Origin: Anthoceros angustus
Taxonomy: Eukaryota; Plantae; Anthocerotophyta
Assembly: GCA_010909165.1 (NCBI GenBank)
Contig: VJWM01000025.1
Coordinates: 868,001 to 932,000 of the forward strand
DNA length: 64,000 bases
Direction of reading: 5' to 3'
Positions within the stretch are counted from its first letter, which is position 1, and each line of letters opens with the position of its first letter. Positions 61,184 through 64,000 of this stretch are shown piece after piece. Made by a program: the position numbers and the translations under genes. The notes below the pieces were generated by a model. That model was not told the DNA's origin. It worked only from the letters and a program-made list of their open reading frames with translations, and did no database searches.

Positions 61184-63952
61184 TCAAAGCTGATCTTGAC
61201 AAGAGCAGCAGCCATCGACAAAATGGTGCACACGGTGTGCATCTCTCACGATGATCTCTCGCCTTTCAAGTCTGGACATGATCTTGGTCCCATTGTGGCA
61301 GTCATTGCACATACGCAGATTCTTGGTCACCAGCAAAGGGGTGCCATCTGTGGTGTTCAAGAGGCCGTAAGCTAATGCCAGTTTCTCAGCATGCCCACAT
61401 AGGGCATCCTCCTTCTCTCCCTCAGACACTGCCTTGAGCACCAGCTCAGTGTGTGGGACATGGCCACCTTCATCTTTCAACCGCAGGTTTACACCCTTTA
61501 GCTTGGAGATGATGTCGTCCCTCTCCTCTCCCACACTGAATGTGTGAACCTTGTGGTTCACCTCGATCCAGGCAGTTGCAGGCTTCTTGAAGGCACCTGC
61601 AGACCTTCTCAACTGTTCTACCCTGTCTGCGTCGCTCCACTTACCGGCCTTTGCGTACAGGTTTGCCAAGAGCACATAGGCGGATGCATTGTCGGGTTCG
61701 AGTTTTACGATGTAATCGAAGCATCGCCTTCCGCGCTCTAAATCCCCATGGCTTCTGCAGGCACTTAATAGACTTCGCCAACCCACAACGCTGTCCTCAA
61801 ATGGCATCAGGAGCACCATCTCTTCTGCCTTGTCCAGACTCCCTGACCGTGCCAGAATATCCACCATGCAAGTGTGATGGTAGACATTGGGAGTGATGCC
61901 ATATTTCTCCGCCATTGATGCGAAATACTGCTCAGCTTCGTGCACTAGGCCTCCCTGAGTGCATGCCCCCAGCAGGGCAATGAAGGTGGCATCAGTCGGC
62001 TCCAACCCGTTGAGCTGCATGTCTGCAAAGCACTGCATTGCCATTTGGCCATCGTTACTTTGGCCATACCCATTCATCAAAGTGGTCCATGTCACTACGT
62101 TTTTTGTAGGCAGCCTTTCAAACAGTCTTCGAGCATCCTCCAATCTCCCACATTTTGCATAAAAGTCCACCAGACTGCTGCCAAGACCCACGTCGGTTTC
62201 AAGAGCTCGTTCATGAATCTGAGAATGAAGCTGCCTGCCCTGATGTAAGGCTCCAACACTGGCACATGCTTTCAGGAGGCACAGATAGGTGATATTGGCA
62301 GGTGTGACGCCTTCCTGCTGCATATGCTCAAAAACTGTAAGAGCTTCTTGAACAAGCCCATGCTGAATGTATCCTGTTATCATGGCAGTCCAGGTAACCA
62401 CATTTTTCTTTTCTAAACTATTGAATACTCTCCGCGCCATGTCTAAGCTACCACATTTTGCATACATGTCTACCAAACTGCTACCAACAACAATATTGGC
62501 TTCAAGTCCTTTTTCCTGCACCTGAGAATGAAGCTTCTTGCCCTCGCTCAATGCTCCAGCGCTGGCACATGCATTCAAGAGACACGCAAATGTAACCTCG
62601 TTTGCTGGAGTGATGCCATCCTGCTCCATGTCTGTGTACAATCTAAGAGCTTCTAGACTGAGCCCATGCTGAGCATATCCTGCAATCATGGACGTCCATG
62701 TCACCACATTCTTGGCTGGCAATCTGTCAAACAGCCTCTGAGCATCCTCTAAGCTGCCGCATTTAGCATACATGTCTACCAGACAGTTGCCAATGATGAG
62801 ATCCCCATCCAGCCCTCGTTTTTGGATTTGGGAATGAAGCTCCCTCCCCTGACGTAAAGCTCCCGCGCTTGCGCACGAACTGAGCAGGGCGACAAATGTA
62901 CCATGGCTAGCTGTGCTGATTCCCTCCTGTTGCATACTTGCATAAACCGTCAGGGCTTCTTCACCGAGACCCTGTTGGGCATATCCTGCAATCATCGCAT
63001 TCCACGTCACCACATCTTTTGAGGGCAATCTATCGAACACCCTCGCAGCATCGTATATGCTGCCACATTTACAATACATGTCCACTAGGCTGCTGCCAAG
63101 CACGACATCAGCTTCAAGTTGTCTTTGCTGAAGCTGAGCATGGAGCTGCTTTCCATGAAGTAATGCTCCCACGGCGGCACATGCTTTGAAGAGACTCAAG
63201 AACGTGACACGGTCAGGCGGAGTGAGGCCATTCTGTTGCATGGCTCCGTAGAGAATAAGAGCTTCTTCACCAAACCCATGCTGAGCATATCCTGAGAGCA
63301 TAGCATTCCAGGTTACCACATCTCTCGTCTGTAAACTGTCAAACACTCTCCGAGCATCCTCCAAACTGCCACACTTTGCAAACATGTCGACGAGGCAGTT
63401 CCCAACAAAGAGGTTGACCCCGTCACTGTGCAGCACGTCAGCATGCACCTCCTTCCCAGCTGACAAGTCCGCTTCAATTGCACAAGCTTTAAGGACTGCC
63501 ACAAATATGTGACTGTTTGGTTGTATAGTCGACTGACGCATCTGTCTATACAGCTCTATGGCCTGCATAGGCTGCCCATTTTCAGCATGTGCCGAGATTA
63601 TGGACGTCCACATAAAGCAGTCTGGTTCAACCACTCTGCTAAAAACCTGTCTTGCTTCCTGTAACCTCCCGTGAGAAGAGTACATGCGGATCATGTGGTT
63701 AGCCAAAAACGTGCTCGACTCATGCCCACCGGTAACGGTGACATAATTAAGACGCCTAGCAACATCAAAATCTTTCTCTGCAATACCCTCCTTGAGAGCA
63801 CCATACAACAGAGCCTTGGGAACATAGCATCCTTGCTGTACCAGGAGTTCCAGCTTATCAACAGCCTCAGTAAGTCCTCTCTCCACAAACAGGTCGCTGC
63901 AAGGTCCCACAAGCAACCCTCCTCCATAGCCTTCACGAGGAATCCTAAACAC
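61184..63952 (-). CDS. PLS-class PPR protein with DYW:KP-type domain (candidate U-to-C editing factor); true start may lie upstream
   Basis: FKKPATAWIEV, GGHVPHT, CGHAEKLALAYGL, KNLRMCNDCH, HHFVDGCCSCQDQL. Confidence 0.94.
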   Translation of the reverse strand: MFRIPREGYGGGLLVGPCSDLFVERGLTEAVDKLELLVQQGCYVPKALLYGALKEGIAEKDFDVARRLNYVTVTGGHESSTFLANHMIRMYSSHGRLQEARQVFSRVVEPDCFMWTSIISAHAENGQPMQAIELYRQMRQSTIQPNSHIFVAVLKACAIEADLSAGKEVHADVLHSDGVNLFVGNCLVDMFAKCGSLEDARRVFDSLQTRDVVTWNAMLSGYAQHGFGEEALILYGAMQQNGLTPPDRVTFLSLFKACAAVGALLHGKQLHAQLQQRQLEADVVLGSSLVDMYCKCGSIYDAARVFDRLPSKDVVTWNAMIAGYAQQGLGEEALTVYASMQQEGISTASHGTFVALLSSCASAGALRQGRELHSQIQKRGLDGDLIIGNCLVDMYAKCGSLEDAQRLFDRLPAKNVVTWTSMIAGYAQHGLSLEALRLYTDMEQDGITPANEVTFACLLNACASAGALSEGKKLHSQVQEKGLEANIVVGSSLVDMYAKCGSLDMARRVFNSLEKKNVVTWTAMITGYIQHGLVQEALTVFEHMQQEGVTPANITYLCLLKACASVGALHQGRQLHSQIHERALETDVGLGSSLVDFYAKCGRLEDARRLFERLPTKNVVTWTTLMNGYGQSNDGQMAMQCFADMQLNGLEPTDATFIALLGACTQGGLVHEAEQYFASMAEKYGITPNVYHHTCMVDILARSGSLDKAEEMVLLMPFEDSVVGWRSLLSACRSHGDLERGRRCFDYIVKLEPDNASAYVLLANLYAKAGKWSDADRVEQLRRSAGAFKKPATAWIEVNHKVHTFSVGEERDDIISKLKGVNLRLKDEGGHVPHTELVLKAVSEGEKEDALCGHAEKLALAYGLLNTTDGTPLLVTKNLRMCNDCHNGTKIMSRLERREIIVRDAHRVHHFVDGCCSCQDQL

Positions 63953-64000
63953 GACAGAGTGCTGTCAATACAACCAAGTTCTGTGAAGCAAGACCCACAA

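Overview
Plant nuclear DNA, most likely a hornwort. This is inferred from compact genes, mostly ~80-140 nt introns, and several PLS-class PPR genes with DYW:KP-type domains; a fern or lycophyte is not excluded. 1-11 kb: an otherwise intact Ty1/copia element interrupted by a second, antisense copia element (LTRs ~160 bp, TSD CTACT), with an extra antisense ORF in the host's 3' region. 11-21 kb: a block with no recognisable intact host gene, containing a decayed 15-aa-repeat/ParB-like ORF, two convergent AT-rich kinase pseudogenes, hairpins, a Helitron-like end and a CCTTGAG array. 21-64 kb: gene-dense. It holds six PLS-PPR RNA-editing factors (three DYW:KP candidate U-to-C editors and three DYW-less E+ proteins, twice arranged as head-to-head E+/KP pairs), an atypical RCPPC thioredoxin f, threonine synthase, a PP2C, a one-intron RNase J, CRE-like LINE and chromovirus relics, and a tandem array of 5S rRNA-derived internal promoters beside perfect palindromes. 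All family assignments come from motif recognition by eye; no searches were run.
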